A DNA stretch of 63,778 nt, the filler included. It is 4 parts of 4 records of this genome, joined end to end, with 100 filler letters (N's around TTAATTAATTAA, not from the genome) between each part and the next. Parts side by side here need not be neighbours in the genome. Positions count along the whole stretch, not along the records: positions 1 to 20,462 come from DRR723986_4890; positions 20,563 to 44,715 come from DRR723986_4898; 2 more parts are not named here. One strand, 5' to 3'. The notes beneath the pieces are model-generated. The model ran no database searches. It saw nothing but the letters and a program-made list of their open reading frames with translations, and had not been told where the DNA came from. Made by a program: the position numbers and the translations under genes. Positions 20,140 to 29,362 of the stretch are shown here, piece by piece; the stretch's first letter is position 1; every line of letters begins with the position of its first letter.

Positions 20140-20300
20140 GATGCGGGGTTTTTCCAAAAATTGGTTATGCAGTTTGTTTACACCCAAACAGCTTGCAGCA
20201 CGCTTGTCTAGCGGTGGCACATAGCCTAGCCATGGGGTGCAAGGCGCTGTGGAATTGCGTGCAAACCAAAAACACCGTGATCAAGTGGAAAGGCGAAACA

Positions 20301-20462
20301 ATGGCAAGTTTTGATGAAGACCTGTTCCAGAAAGGGCTAGAACAGCGCAAAGCCACCCTTGGCGCCGAATATGTCGAGAAAAACCTGGCCGCAGCCGATG
20401 ATTTCACCCGCCCTTTCCAAGAAGCCATGACCGCCTGGTGCTGGGGCTTTGGCTGGGGCGAT
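20301..20462 (+). CDS. Carboxymuconolactone decarboxylase family protein (truncated by contig end)
   Basis: GLEQRKATLGAEYVE...DDFTRPFQEAMTAWCWG..WG, a PcaC/CMD N-terminal pattern. Confidence 0.8.
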
Positions 20463-20562
20463 NNNNNNNNNNNNNNNNNNNNNNNNNNNNNNNNNNNNNN
20501 NNNNNNTTAATTAATTAANNNNNNNNNNNNNNNNNNNNNNNNNNNNNNNNNNNNNNNNNNNN
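20463..20562. other. Artificial contig spacer
   Basis: N44-TTAATTAATTAA-N44 (stops in all six frames). Genes are truncated on both sides. Confidence 0.99.
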
Positions 20563-20563
20563 C

Positions 20564-21175
20564 GACGAGGTCATCTGCGGCTTCGGCCGTCTCGGCGAAT
20601 GGTTCGGCTCGACCCACTACGGCATGAAGCCGGACCTGATGCCCATCGCCAAGGGCCTGACGTCCGGCTATCTGCCGATGGGCGGTGTCATGGTGTCCGA
20701 TCGCGTGGCCGAAGGTCTGATGCTTTCGGGTGAAGAGTTCTACCACGGCTACACCTATTCCGGTCACCCGGCCTGCGCCGCGGCTGCACTCGCCAACCTG
20801 GAGATCATCGAACGCGAAGGCCTGGTCGAGCGCGTCAAGACCGATATCGGTCCCTATCTCAAGGAACGCTGGCTGAAGCTGGGCGATCACCCTCTGATCG
20901 GCGAAGCTCGCATGACCGGCCTTGTCGGTGCACTGGAACTGGTGCCGGACAAGAAAAATCCGCATCGACCGTTCAAGGACGTCGGCACGGCCGGCACCAT
21001 CTGCCGCGACATTTCCTTCGGCAACGGCATGGTCATGCGCGCGGTGCGCGACAGCCTGATCATTTCGCCGCCGCTGGTCCTGACCCACGAGGAGGCGGAT
21101 ATTCTGGTGAAGACCGCCGAGAAAACCCTCGACGAAACCTATCAGGTCCTGAAGCGTGACGGCTGGATAGGCTGA
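20564..21175 (+). CDS. Class III aminotransferase (SpuC/omega-amino acid type), 5' truncated
   Basis: DEVICGFGR.G, AKGLTSGYLPMG, HGYTYSGHP and IISPPL. Confidence 0.92.
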   Translation, partial: DEVICGFGRLGEWFGSTHYGMKPDLMPIAKGLTSGYLPMGGVMVSDRVAEGLMLSGEEFYHGYTYSGHPACAAAALANLEIIEREGLVERVKTDIGPYLKERWLKLGDHPLIGEARMTGLVGALELVPDKKNPHRPFKDVGTAGTICRDISFGNGMVMRAVRDSLIISPPLVLTHEEADILVKTAEKTLDETYQVLKRDGWIG

Positions 21176-21359
21176 CATCGACAGCCGAACCGGTTGCGGG
21201 GACGATGAAACATGCGTCATCTTGGCATCGGTTCGGCTTCTCTTAATTTGCTAACATCCGAATATAACCTGATCGGTGATCGAACCGGCTCGGGGCCGGC
21301 GTGCTGCCTGCCTGAAGGCGGTCCACCTGCAAAATGGTAATCCTGGGTGAGAGGCATTG

Positions 21360-22343
21360 ATGTTCGGACGTGTTTTCAGACTGGGAAAGCGGGATTTCTC
21401 ATCCCTTTCCGAACAGGAAATCCTGGCGCTTGCGATTTCCTCCGAGGAGGACGATGCCCGCATCTACAAGGCTTATGCCGATGGTCTGCGTGACCAGTAT
21501 CCGCAATCGGCCAAGGTCTTCGACGACATGGCCGCAGAGGAAAACCAGCACAGGCGGAGACTGATCGAACAGCACCGGGCGCGATTCGGCGAAACGATCC
21601 CTCTCATACGCCGGGAACATGTGCGCGGCTATTACGACCGCAAGCCCGACTGGCTGGTGCGCCCCCTCGGACTGGAGAAGGTCCGTGCCATGGCCGAGGA
21701 AATGGAGGCGCAGGCCTATCGCTTCTACACCGAAGCTGCCAAGCGCACCTCGGATGCAGGAACCCGCAAGCTACTGGGCGATCTTGCGGTTGCCGAGAAA
21801 GGCCACGAGAGTCTCGCCCAGCGCCTTGGAGCCAAACACACGCCCGACGACGTGCAGGAACAGGAGCGCCAGACCGAACGCCGGCAATTCATCCTGACCT
21901 ACGTCCAGCCGGGCCTTGCGGGTTTGATGGACGGCTCGGTATCAACGCTGGCCCCGATCTTTGCTGCCGCCTTCGCGACGCAGGATACCTGGCAGACCTT
22001 CCTGGTCGGCCTGTCGGCCTCCGTCGGGGCGGGCATATCCATGGGCTTTACGGAAGCGGCCCATGACGACGGCGTGCTCTCGGGACGCGGATCACCGCTG
22101 AAGCGCGGCCTCGCCTCGGGCATCATGACCGCACTCGGCGGCCTTGGTCACGCCCTGCCCTATCTCATTCCCGAATTCTGGACAGCGACAACTGTCGCCG
22201 CATTCATCGTTTTCATCGAATTGTGGGCGATCGCATGGATCCAGAACCGCTACATGGAAACACCGTTTCTGCGGGCGGCCTTCCAGGTTGTCCTCGGTGG
22301 TTCGCTGGTCTTCGCGGCAGGCGTTCTCATCGGCAACGCCTAG
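21360..22343 (+). CDS. mbfA: Iron exporter MbfA (erythrin/ferritin-like + VIT1 domain)
   Basis: LALAISSEEDD, EExxH motifs, and VQPGLAGLMDGSVSTLAP followed by a membrane domain. Confidence 0.93.
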   Translation: MFGRVFRLGKRDFSSLSEQEILALAISSEEDDARIYKAYADGLRDQYPQSAKVFDDMAAEENQHRRRLIEQHRARFGETIPLIRREHVRGYYDRKPDWLVRPLGLEKVRAMAEEMEAQAYRFYTEAAKRTSDAGTRKLLGDLAVAEKGHESLAQRLGAKHTPDDVQEQERQTERRQFILTYVQPGLAGLMDGSVSTLAPIFAAAFATQDTWQTFLVGLSASVGAGISMGFTEAAHDDGVLSGRGSPLKRGLASGIMTALGGLGHALPYLIPEFWTATTVAAFIVFIELWAIAWIQNRYMETPFLRAAFQVVLGGSLVFAAGVLIGNA

Positions 22344-22447
22344 AAGATCACACGGATCGGAGTTGCCCGGCTTAACGGCCGGCAACTCTCCCTTTCGGCC
22401 AGGCCACGTCCCGATCGCAGGCAAGTTTTCACTTTTTTTCGGTCGGC

Positions 22448-22475
22448 TGTCGGATAAGCTCGCGCCTGCACGTTC
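22448..22475 (+). promoter_or_regulatory. Putative ECF42-type promoter
   Basis: TGTCGG-N17-CGTTC upstream of the YciI gene. The same architecture recurs at 24176. Confidence 0.6.
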
Positions 22476-22510
22476 CTTGGGTATCAATCCAAGCAACCGG
22501 AGGGACCCAC

Positions 22511-22903
22511 ATGCTTTTTTCCGTTTTGATTTACGCCAGCGAAGATTTCATTGATGCCCTGCCACCGGAAGAGCTTGCCACCGTTTATCAGAAACACGGC
22601 GCCTTTCACGAACACACAAAGACAAACAACTCCTTCGCCGTTGCAACCAAGTTGATGTCGACGGGAACGTCGGTCACGATCAACAAGGACAAGGACGACT
22701 TTATTGTCACCGACGGGCCTTTTGCCGAAACGAAAGAGCAGTTCATGGGCTTCTACGTGATCGACTGCCCGACACTGGAGGACGCCATTGAGGTGGTGAA
22801 GATCCTGCCGCTGGATCATGGCCGCATAGAAATTCGTCCGGTGGAATTCTTCGAGGGAGCCGATTTCAAGAATGCCGAGCGCCTGGTTATCAGCGCATCT
22901 TAG
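22511..22903 (+). CDS. YciI family (DGPF) protein
   Basis: TDGPFAETKEQFMGFYVI and IEIRP. Confidence 0.92.
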   Translation: MLFSVLIYASEDFIDALPPEELATVYQKHGAFHEHTKTNNSFAVATKLMSTGTSVTINKDKDDFIVTDGPFAETKEQFMGFYVIDCPTLEDAIEVVKILPLDHGRIEIRPVEFFEGADFKNAERLVISAS

Positions 22904-24116
22904 GGCTGCCCGCCCGCGCGTCCTGGCAGCGCTCAACCGCGTCTTCGGCGACATTGACCTTGCCGAGGATGCTTTTCAGGACGCCTCGTTGAAAGCGCTC
23001 AAGGCGTGGTCACCCGACCGGATGCCGGCGGATCCGGTTGCCTGGCTGATCATAGCCGGACGCAATGCCGGCATCGATACGCTGCGGAAACGCAAAAAGG
23101 AAACCCTCACCGCACCGGATGACCTTGAGCCTCTTCCCGAAGGCCCGCACCCGGAAGACGAGCTGACCCAATCGCTGGATCATGCCGTCTACCGGGACGA
23201 CATCCTGCGTCTTCTGTTTACCTGCTGCCACCCGGTGCTGCGCCGAGACCAGCAGATTGCCCTTTCCCTGAAAATTGTCGCTGGTCTTGGTGTGGAGGAG
23301 ATTGCCCGTGCATTTCTGGTACAGGCCAAGACCATGGAACAGCGTATCACGCGCGCCAAGAAACGGCTGCAGGCGGCCAAACTGAGCTATGAGGAGCCGG
23401 ACAGAACCGCCCGTGCCGAGCGACTTTCCGCCGTAGCCAATGCCATCTATCTGATCTTCAACGAAGGCTATGCGGCTTCACAGGGTGAAGAACTGATCCG
23501 CGAACCCCTGTGTGAGGAAGCGATCCGCCTGGCCCGCCTGATCGTGCGGCTGTTTCCCGAAGAACCGGAACTGCGCGGCTTGCTGGCCCTTTGCCTGATC
23601 CAGCATTCCCGCCGCAAGGCCCGGCTGAGCCGGAGCGGCGCTGCCGTAACGCTGGAAGACCAGGACCGTTCGCTTTGGGACCGGAAACTGATCGCCGAAG
23701 GCAACATTCTGCTTGAGGCCGCCTTGCGCAAGGCGCGGCCCGGCCCCTTTCAGATCGAGGCAGCCATTGCCTCGACCCACACCCAGGCTGAGACCTACGC
23801 AACCACCGACTGGGTCGAGATTGACCGGCTCTACCGTGCCCTGGAACATATTCGGCCATCGCCGGTTGTCGCGCTCAACCGCGCCGTGGTCCAGGCAAAG
23901 CTGAACGGGGCACAGGCCGGCTTGTGCCGCCTGGAGAAACTGACTGGCTCTCTGGAGCGCTACCCGAACTTTCACGTTGTCCGCGCTACCTTTCTGGAAG
24001 AACTGGGCCTGGCTGAAGAGGCTCAGGCCGCTTACCGCAAAGCGCTGGAATTTGCGGGAACCGATGTCGATCGCGACCATATCCGCCGGAAAATGAAGGT
24101 TTCTGGCGGACAATAG
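22872..24116 (+). CDS. ECF sigma factor with C-terminal TPR extension (ECF42 group)
   Basis: AEDAFQDA, DDILRLLFTCCHP, YLIFNEGY, LEDQDRSLWD, GPFQIEAAIA and PSPVVALNRAV. Adjacent to a DGPF gene. Confidence 0.93.
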   Translation: MPSAWLSAHLRAARPRVLAALNRVFGDIDLAEDAFQDASLKALKAWSPDRMPADPVAWLIIAGRNAGIDTLRKRKKETLTAPDDLEPLPEGPHPEDELTQSLDHAVYRDDILRLLFTCCHPVLRRDQQIALSLKIVAGLGVEEIARAFLVQAKTMEQRITRAKKRLQAAKLSYEEPDRTARAERLSAVANAIYLIFNEGYAASQGEELIREPLCEEAIRLARLIVRLFPEEPELRGLLALCLIQHSRRKARLSRSGAAVTLEDQDRSLWDRKLIAEGNILLEAALRKARPGPFQIEAAIASTHTQAETYATTDWVEIDRLYRALEHIRPSPVVALNRAVVQAKLNGAQAGLCRLEKLTGSLERYPNFHVVRATFLEELGLAEEAQAAYRKALEFAGTDVDRDHIRRKMKVSGGQ

Positions 24117-24175
24117 ACCTGTTTCGAGCCTCGTTTTGTTCAGATCCTGCCAGACCAAAATATTTTTTACCCCCC

Positions 24176-24203
24176 TGTCGGTTCTGCCTGTCACCCGCCG
24201 TCC
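24176..24203 (+). promoter_or_regulatory. Putative second ECF42-type promoter
   Basis: TGTCGG-N17-CGTCC upstream of the VOC gene. Confidence 0.6.
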
Positions 24204-24256
24204 TCTGATCACCTGGCACTGCCAGGCAATTGTTTTCAACACAGAGGATGAAAGAC

Positions 24257-24640
24257 ATGAGTACTCCGTCGCAAACACATGGCGCGTTCAGCTGGATGGA
24301 ACTTCACTGCGCTGACGGTGCCAAGGCGCAGGCCTTCTATTCCGACCTGCTCGGCTGGGGCACAAAAACCGTGGATGTGGGCGTAGGCCCCTACACCATG
24401 ATCATGAACAATGAAAACATGATCGGCGGCTTCCCATCCATGGAAACTGAAAGTCCCCGTTGGCTGCCCTATGTGACTGTCGACAGTGTCGATGCGCGTG
24501 TCGAAAAAGCCCGTGCGCTTGGTGCGACGATTGCAATGGAACCGATGAGCATTCCAAACGTCGGCCGCATGGCAACGATTGTCGACCCGCTCGGAGGCGT
24601 GATCGCAATGATCACATACGAAGAGCCGACAGACGCGTGA
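24257..24640 (+). CDS. VOC (glyoxalase/bleomycin resistance) family protein
   Basis: FSWMEL, AQAFYSDLLGW, WLPYVTVD.VD and GRMATIVDP.G. Confidence 0.9.
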   Translation: MSTPSQTHGAFSWMELHCADGAKAQAFYSDLLGWGTKTVDVGVGPYTMIMNNENMIGGFPSMETESPRWLPYVTVDSVDARVEKARALGATIAMEPMSIPNVGRMATIVDPLGGVIAMITYEEPTDA

Positions 24641-24853
24641 TTGCGCCTGCCGCTTGAACCTTCAGCAGCCCCGGCCTTGTGCCGGGGCACGCTTGGTGGA
24701 ACGCGGCCCGCGATAACCTTTCAAAAATTCTGGCTGACGAAGCCACTGATGCAACCGATGACCGTTCTGGCGCTGGTGCGCTTCGTGGTTATACCGGGAA
24801 AGGTTCCGGCACAGTTTGACCGCGTCAGAGCAGTTTTCCGTGCAGACCGCCGA

Positions 24854-25648
24854 TCAGAACTTGTACCAGAGAAACAGACCGCCATGGCCGTTGAGCGCCT
24901 CTCCCCGGTCTTCAACGATCGGGCTATCAGCCATGCCGCCCAGAAGCACCGACCCGCCAACGAGGCCACCGACGCCCCAGTTTTCGGTTACGGCAAATCT
25001 TGACGAAACATCCACGCTCACGTCCCTGAAGCCTGCGTCGGCCTTGTATTCCTTGAGACCGCTTGCGGCCGCGCCTTTTGCGGTCACGGAATAGTAGGCG
25101 TCAGCATAGGTGCCGTCGACAAAGGTCGTGGAGACATCAAGGCCGAAAGCCAGACGCTGGGTCGCGTTGATTTCGTAACCCAGGCTGAATGTGGCCGTTG
25201 TGCCGCTATCGCCGATGACATCATGGGCAATCTCGACACTGGCACCAAGTGAATCGCGATCAAGCAGCAAACCGGCGTAGCCACCTCCTGCCGTGGCACC
25301 AACCCAGAGCTCCTCGTCAACATCGGGAAGCTTGTCGACAACATTGTCGGACACATCCTTGCGGCCCGTGCCGTAGCCAATAAGCGGCCCGGCGTAAAAG
25401 CTGTCGAAAGGCAGCACGTTGGCGGTCGCCGTCAATCCGTTAAACTTGACGAAGTACGGCCCCTTTTGCACAGACGCGATGATACCGGGAACAAAACCGT
25501 AGTCCTTGGAGCCCAGATATTCCGGACCGAAGAAGGGACCAGCGCCAACCAGTACGCTCCAGTCCTTCTGTTCTTCCCCCATGGCAGGACATGCGACAAG
25601 CGCGAGACTTGCAAGGACGCTAGCCCGCACATAACACTTAGACGACAT
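24854..25648 (-). CDS. MipA/OmpV family outer membrane protein
   Basis: Signal peptide, P.Y.GS.DY, YADAYY.V, DSPIV and a C-terminal aromatic motif (WYKF). Confidence 0.88.
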   Translation of the reverse strand: MSSKCYVRASVLASLALVACPAMGEEQKDWSVLVGAGPFFGPEYLGSKDYGFVPGIIASVQKGPYFVKFNGLTATANVLPFDSFYAGPLIGYGTGRKDVSDNVVDKLPDVDEELWVGATAGGGYAGLLLDRDSLGASVEIAHDVIGDSGTTATFSLGYEINATQRLAFGLDVSTTFVDGTYADAYYSVTAKGAAASGLKEYKADAGFRDVSVDVSSRFAVTENWGVGGLVGGSVLLGGMADSPIVEDRGEALNGHGGLFLWYKF

Positions 25649-25679
25649 AAGACAACCCTTCTGCATTGCGACCCCAGCA

Positions 25680-25742
25680 ATGTTGTCACTGTCTATATGC
25701 GGAATTTTCAGCCGTCAACGAAAATGTTGACAGTGTCTACTT
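25680..25742. promoter_or_regulatory. Two putative TetR operators
   Basis: ATGTTGTCACTGTCTATAT (25680-25698) and ATGTTGACAGTGTCTACTT (25724-25742), both imperfect versions of the palindrome ATGTTGACAnTGTCAACAT. Confidence 0.65.
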
Positions 25743-26369
25743 ATGGAGGAAACAGGCCTGAGCGACCTGAAATATCACCACGGCAATCTGAAAGAGGCCC
25801 TGATCCAGGCAGGGCTGGACATTCTGCGCGAAGATGGACTTGAAGCCCTGTCGCTGCGGGCGTGCGCCGCCCGTGCCGGCGTTTCCCATGGAGCGCCGAA
25901 GAACCACTTTGCCAATCTTGCCGTCCTGCAGGCAGCCATCGCGACGGAAGGCTTCCGGCAGTTTGCGGGCACGATGCGCCGGCATATGGCGGATGCGTCC
26001 AACGACGCCCGTGAACAGATACTCGCAAGCGCCCGCGGTTACATCGCCTTCGTTGAAGAGAACCCGCATCTGTTCCGGCTGATGTTCTCCATGGAACGAC
26101 AGATCGACATCTATCCGGAGCTTCAGCCGGCCAGCCGCGAAGCCTATGCGGTTCTAAGGGAGGTCTCCGAAGGACTTTCACCGGAGAATTGCGAGAACCC
26201 CGTTCACCGGACTTCCGTTGAAACCATGCTGTGGGCGTTCATTCACGGGTATGCCAATCTGAAGGCAAATCGGCAGTTCTATACGGCCAATGCGGAAACC
26301 GGACGAGACCCGGCACTGGAGGAAATCTTCCCTCAACTGCTTTACCTGACCAGGAATAAGGAAGTCTGA
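25743..26369 (+). CDS. TetR/AcrR family regulator (WHG-type C-terminal domain)
   Basis: YHHGNLKEAL, LSLRACAARAGVSHGAP..HF and WAFIHG. Confidence 0.93.
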   Translation: MEETGLSDLKYHHGNLKEALIQAGLDILREDGLEALSLRACAARAGVSHGAPKNHFANLAVLQAAIATEGFRQFAGTMRRHMADASNDAREQILASARGYIAFVEENPHLFRLMFSMERQIDIYPELQPASREAYAVLREVSEGLSPENCENPVHRTSVETMLWAFIHGYANLKANRQFYTANAETGRDPALEEIFPQLLYLTRNKEV

Positions 26370-26389
26370 CGGCCGCCTGTCCGAAAACC

Positions 26390-27829
26390 CTATACCGCTC
26401 CGCAATGCTCCACGCGGTTCCGGCCGCGTTCCTTCGCCTGGTAGCAAAGCCGGTCGGCTTCGGCCAACAGGGTATCAAGACAGGCTGCATTGTCGTGTTC
26501 GACAGCGACGACGCCGAGGCTTGCCGTGACCCGAACCAGTTTTCCGTCTCCTGCGGCAACCGGCTCACTGCAGACGCTTTGCCGAATTTTCTCGGCTTCC
26601 GCCACTGCGTCCATGATCTGGCTGTTCGGAATCATGATGGCGAATTCCTCGCCGCCCATACGACCCAGAAGACTGTCCGGCCGCAACGTGCCTTGCACGC
26701 GCCGCACGAAGCTGACCAGTACGGTATCACCGGCTGCGTGTCCGTAAGTGTCGTTGACCGACTTGAAATGATCGAGGTCGACCATCAGCAGGGCAAAGCC
26801 GTTCATGCCAAGGGAGAGACAGCGAGAGACCTCCTCGCGGAAGGCATTGCGGTTGAGCACGTCGGTCAGTTGGTCGTGCGTGGCAAGATATTGCAGACGG
26901 ACCAGCAACGCATTCCGGCTCTGCGTGACGCAGGACAACATGATAGGCGCCAGTGCGACAAGGGAAATGCCGAGCCGGATGGAAATGAGCGTCATCACGT
27001 CGAGCTGCAAGGAGCTGCTGTCGCCAAGCCCGTTTGACAGGATGACGAGACCCCACACGCCAATGCACAGCGTCAGTATCGCCGTCGGAAAGACCGGATA
27101 GACGACACCACACCACAAGAGCGCCGGAACCGGAAACGCAATGGCGCCAGGCCCTCCGACGACTGCTCCAGCAATACAGGAGATCAGCAGCAGGATCAGC
27201 GGTGCGCGTTTTTCCTGCCTCAACCGGGTTAGCAGACCTGAAAAGTCCGGAAACGTTCCTTCCAGCTTCGGTGCTGACAGGATAACCGGCAGAAAGGAGA
27301 TGTAGTTGACCAGCTCGGTCGTCGACCAGAATATCCAACCGGGAATGACACCCCCGCCGAAGAGGATCGGATTTGCGATGCCCCCGACAACCCCTGCCAG
27401 GGAAGCGGCGATAGCCGAAACCACCGCGAGATGGAGAAGGGCCAAGGGTTGTTGCAGCCGAACGGAGGAAGCAGGCAAGAACCTATAGACCTGATACCCG
27501 GCAGCCACCCCAACCATGTTGGCCGCATTCAGCAGCACGGCTTTTTCGAGCGTCGCTCCTGTCAGAAGATCTGCTGCCAGATAGCCTACGGCAGCAGCAA
27601 TCCAGCTCTGCCAACAAGCCGACTTCGGCACACGGACCAGCAGTCCAAGGAGGATTGCATTGGCCGGCCAGACTGCCGCCAGGAACCCGGTCGGCCGGGT
27701 AAGAATGCCGAAGATGCAAGCCAGGAACACCACCAGCCCCAGTAAGAACGGTATGCGCATTTCATGCCTTGCGACCCGCTCCAGGACACCACCCTTTCCG
27801 TATAAATTTGCGACCAATGTTCTCTCCAT
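26390..27829 (-). CDS. MASE1-type membrane sensor diguanylate cyclase
   Basis: WPANA.LLG membrane domain, D.LT...NR, DLDHFK.VNDTYGH..GD and GRMGGEEF. Confidence 0.92.
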   Translation of the reverse strand: MERTLVANLYGKGGVLERVARHEMRIPFLLGLVVFLACIFGILTRPTGFLAAVWPANAILLGLLVRVPKSACWQSWIAAAVGYLAADLLTGATLEKAVLLNAANMVGVAAGYQVYRFLPASSVRLQQPLALLHLAVVSAIAASLAGVVGGIANPILFGGGVIPGWIFWSTTELVNYISFLPVILSAPKLEGTFPDFSGLLTRLRQEKRAPLILLLISCIAGAVVGGPGAIAFPVPALLWCGVVYPVFPTAILTLCIGVWGLVILSNGLGDSSSLQLDVMTLISIRLGISLVALAPIMLSCVTQSRNALLVRLQYLATHDQLTDVLNRNAFREEVSRCLSLGMNGFALLMVDLDHFKSVNDTYGHAAGDTVLVSFVRRVQGTLRPDSLLGRMGGEEFAIMIPNSQIMDAVAEAEKIRQSVCSEPVAAGDGKLVRVTASLGVVAVEHDNAACLDTLLAEADRLCYQAKERGRNRVEHCGAV

Positions 27830-28116
27830 CTGCGACAGCTCGAATTAAAATAATTCAGGCATTCGCCGTCGGACGTTCCGCAATTTCCCGAAGTGCGCCC
27901 TTTGTTTCGGAAGGTTTCGGCAACCGAATCCGTTGATCCATCTGAGGCATGGTGAGGGTGTTTATCTAACGAACCAATAATAATACAAGCACAAAGTATG
28001 CATTAACTTCCGGAGTACGGATGTTTTGCATTAAGTTCACGTGGAGCGTTGACTTCGATTAGGCTGAACGACGTGCGGCATCACGAAAAGACCACGACGC
28101 CGAACCAGCCACCGGC

Positions 28117-28890
28117 TTAAAGCACCGTGTGCCGCAGACCGCCGTTGACCTGCAGGATCTCACCCGTCATTCCGCCGGAAAGATCACTGAGCAAATAGGC
28201 AGCAGCTCCGGCAACTTCCTCTGCAGTGACACCGCGGCGCAGGAACGACTGCCGTGAGAGAACTTCATGAACCTTGCGGAAGTCGGGCAGGACGCGCGAT
28301 GACGTGGTCGGGACCGCACCCGCGGAAACACCGTTCACACGGACATTCTCATGGCCAAGTTCCGCCGCAAGCGCCCGCACGGAATGTTCCAGAGCAGCCT
28401 TTGCGACACCCAGGACCTCGTAGCCGGGCACCACGCGCTCACCGCCCAGGAAGGTCAGGGCAACAACGGACCTGAGGTTCGGGTTGCGGCGCTGCACCTC
28501 CCGCACCAGGGCGATGAAGGCATAACAGCTGGTGCTGATCGTCTTCAGAAAGTTCTCTTCACTCGTCCCCAGCAGGCCGTTCTGCCCGGCTTCGCCGATG
28601 TCGGTCTTGGCAAGGCAGAACACCATGCCGGTCAGGTCGGTAAGATCGTCAATCGCATCGATGGACTGCGGATAATCCAGGAAGCGGATGTCGTGATGTG
28701 GCGTCTTGGCAGACAGCTTTTCCGGCCGGCGCGACGTCAGCACAGTTTCCCAACCGTTCTGATACATGTGCTCGCCGATTGCGAGGCCGAGCGATCGCTT
28801 TGAACTGACCCCGACCACAAGCACCTTGTTGGTCTTTACTGCGGGCTTCCTCAGATCGAAGAGCGTTTCGAGGGTGCGAGTGACGGCCAT
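28117..28890 (-). CDS. Divergent enoyl-ACP reductase (FabI-like SDR)
   Basis: VVGVSSKRSLGLAI, LTFLGGERVVPGYEVLGVAKAALE (Y-x6-K), RVNGVSAGAVPT and TGEILQVNGG. Confidence 0.8.
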   Translation of the reverse strand: MAVTRTLETLFDLRKPAVKTNKVLVVGVSSKRSLGLAIGEHMYQNGWETVLTSRRPEKLSAKTPHHDIRFLDYPQSIDAIDDLTDLTGMVFCLAKTDIGEAGQNGLLGTSEENFLKTISTSCYAFIALVREVQRRNPNLRSVVALTFLGGERVVPGYEVLGVAKAALEHSVRALAAELGHENVRVNGVSAGAVPTTSSRVLPDFRKVHEVLSRQSFLRRGVTAEEVAGAAAYLLSDLSGGMTGEILQVNGGLRHTVL

Positions 28891-29266
28891 TGAGCGACAT
28901 TCCTGCTGAGGACCGGAACCGGCCTGCGGTATTGGATTTCGGGAAACAATTGGCAATGCCCCGGTATCCCCGTTTCGACGCCACATTGCCTCGTGCGCCA
29001 GTGCCGGTTCGCCGGCAAATCACTTTGCCGCCAGACCATATGACGCATAATAAGTCAGTCTTGTGACAATGCGATTCACAGCCTGTAACCGGATGTTTCA
29101 ATCCACTGACGAACTGCATTCCGGTTGCTGACACAAACTGGACGGGCAAAACACTTGCCGTGGTTCGGTTTCACCTTTTCCTTCGACAGCAAATGACCTT
29201 GGGCGAGCGCCTGTAGTCTTCGGCGATCAGACTGCCTCTCGCAAGGATCGCCGCTCGCAAACAAAT

Positions 29267-29291
29267 GGGGACCCCGCCTTGCGAGGTCCCC
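29267..29291 (-). terminator. Intrinsic terminator of the cys operon
   Basis: GGGGACC-cCGCcttGCGa-GGTCCCC hairpin followed on the minus strand by ATTTGTTT. Confidence 0.6.
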
Positions 29292-29362
29292 TGAAACGCT
29301 CGTTCAAATTTTGTGCCGCCCGTCCTATGACTATTGGCGCAAGACGGGCAGCCCCGATCCGC

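Noticed and set aside
20507-20518. TTAATTAATTAA repeated three times in the window as a biological repeat
   Set aside because: It is always centred in N-runs of identical length, so it is a six-frame-stop linker.
21176-21359. Irr ICE box upstream of mbfA
   Set aside because: No recognisable TTTAGAA-N3-TTCTAAA match.
29062-29080. CRP/FNR-like site TGTGA-N9-TCACA
   Set aside because: The spacer is 9 bp rather than 6.
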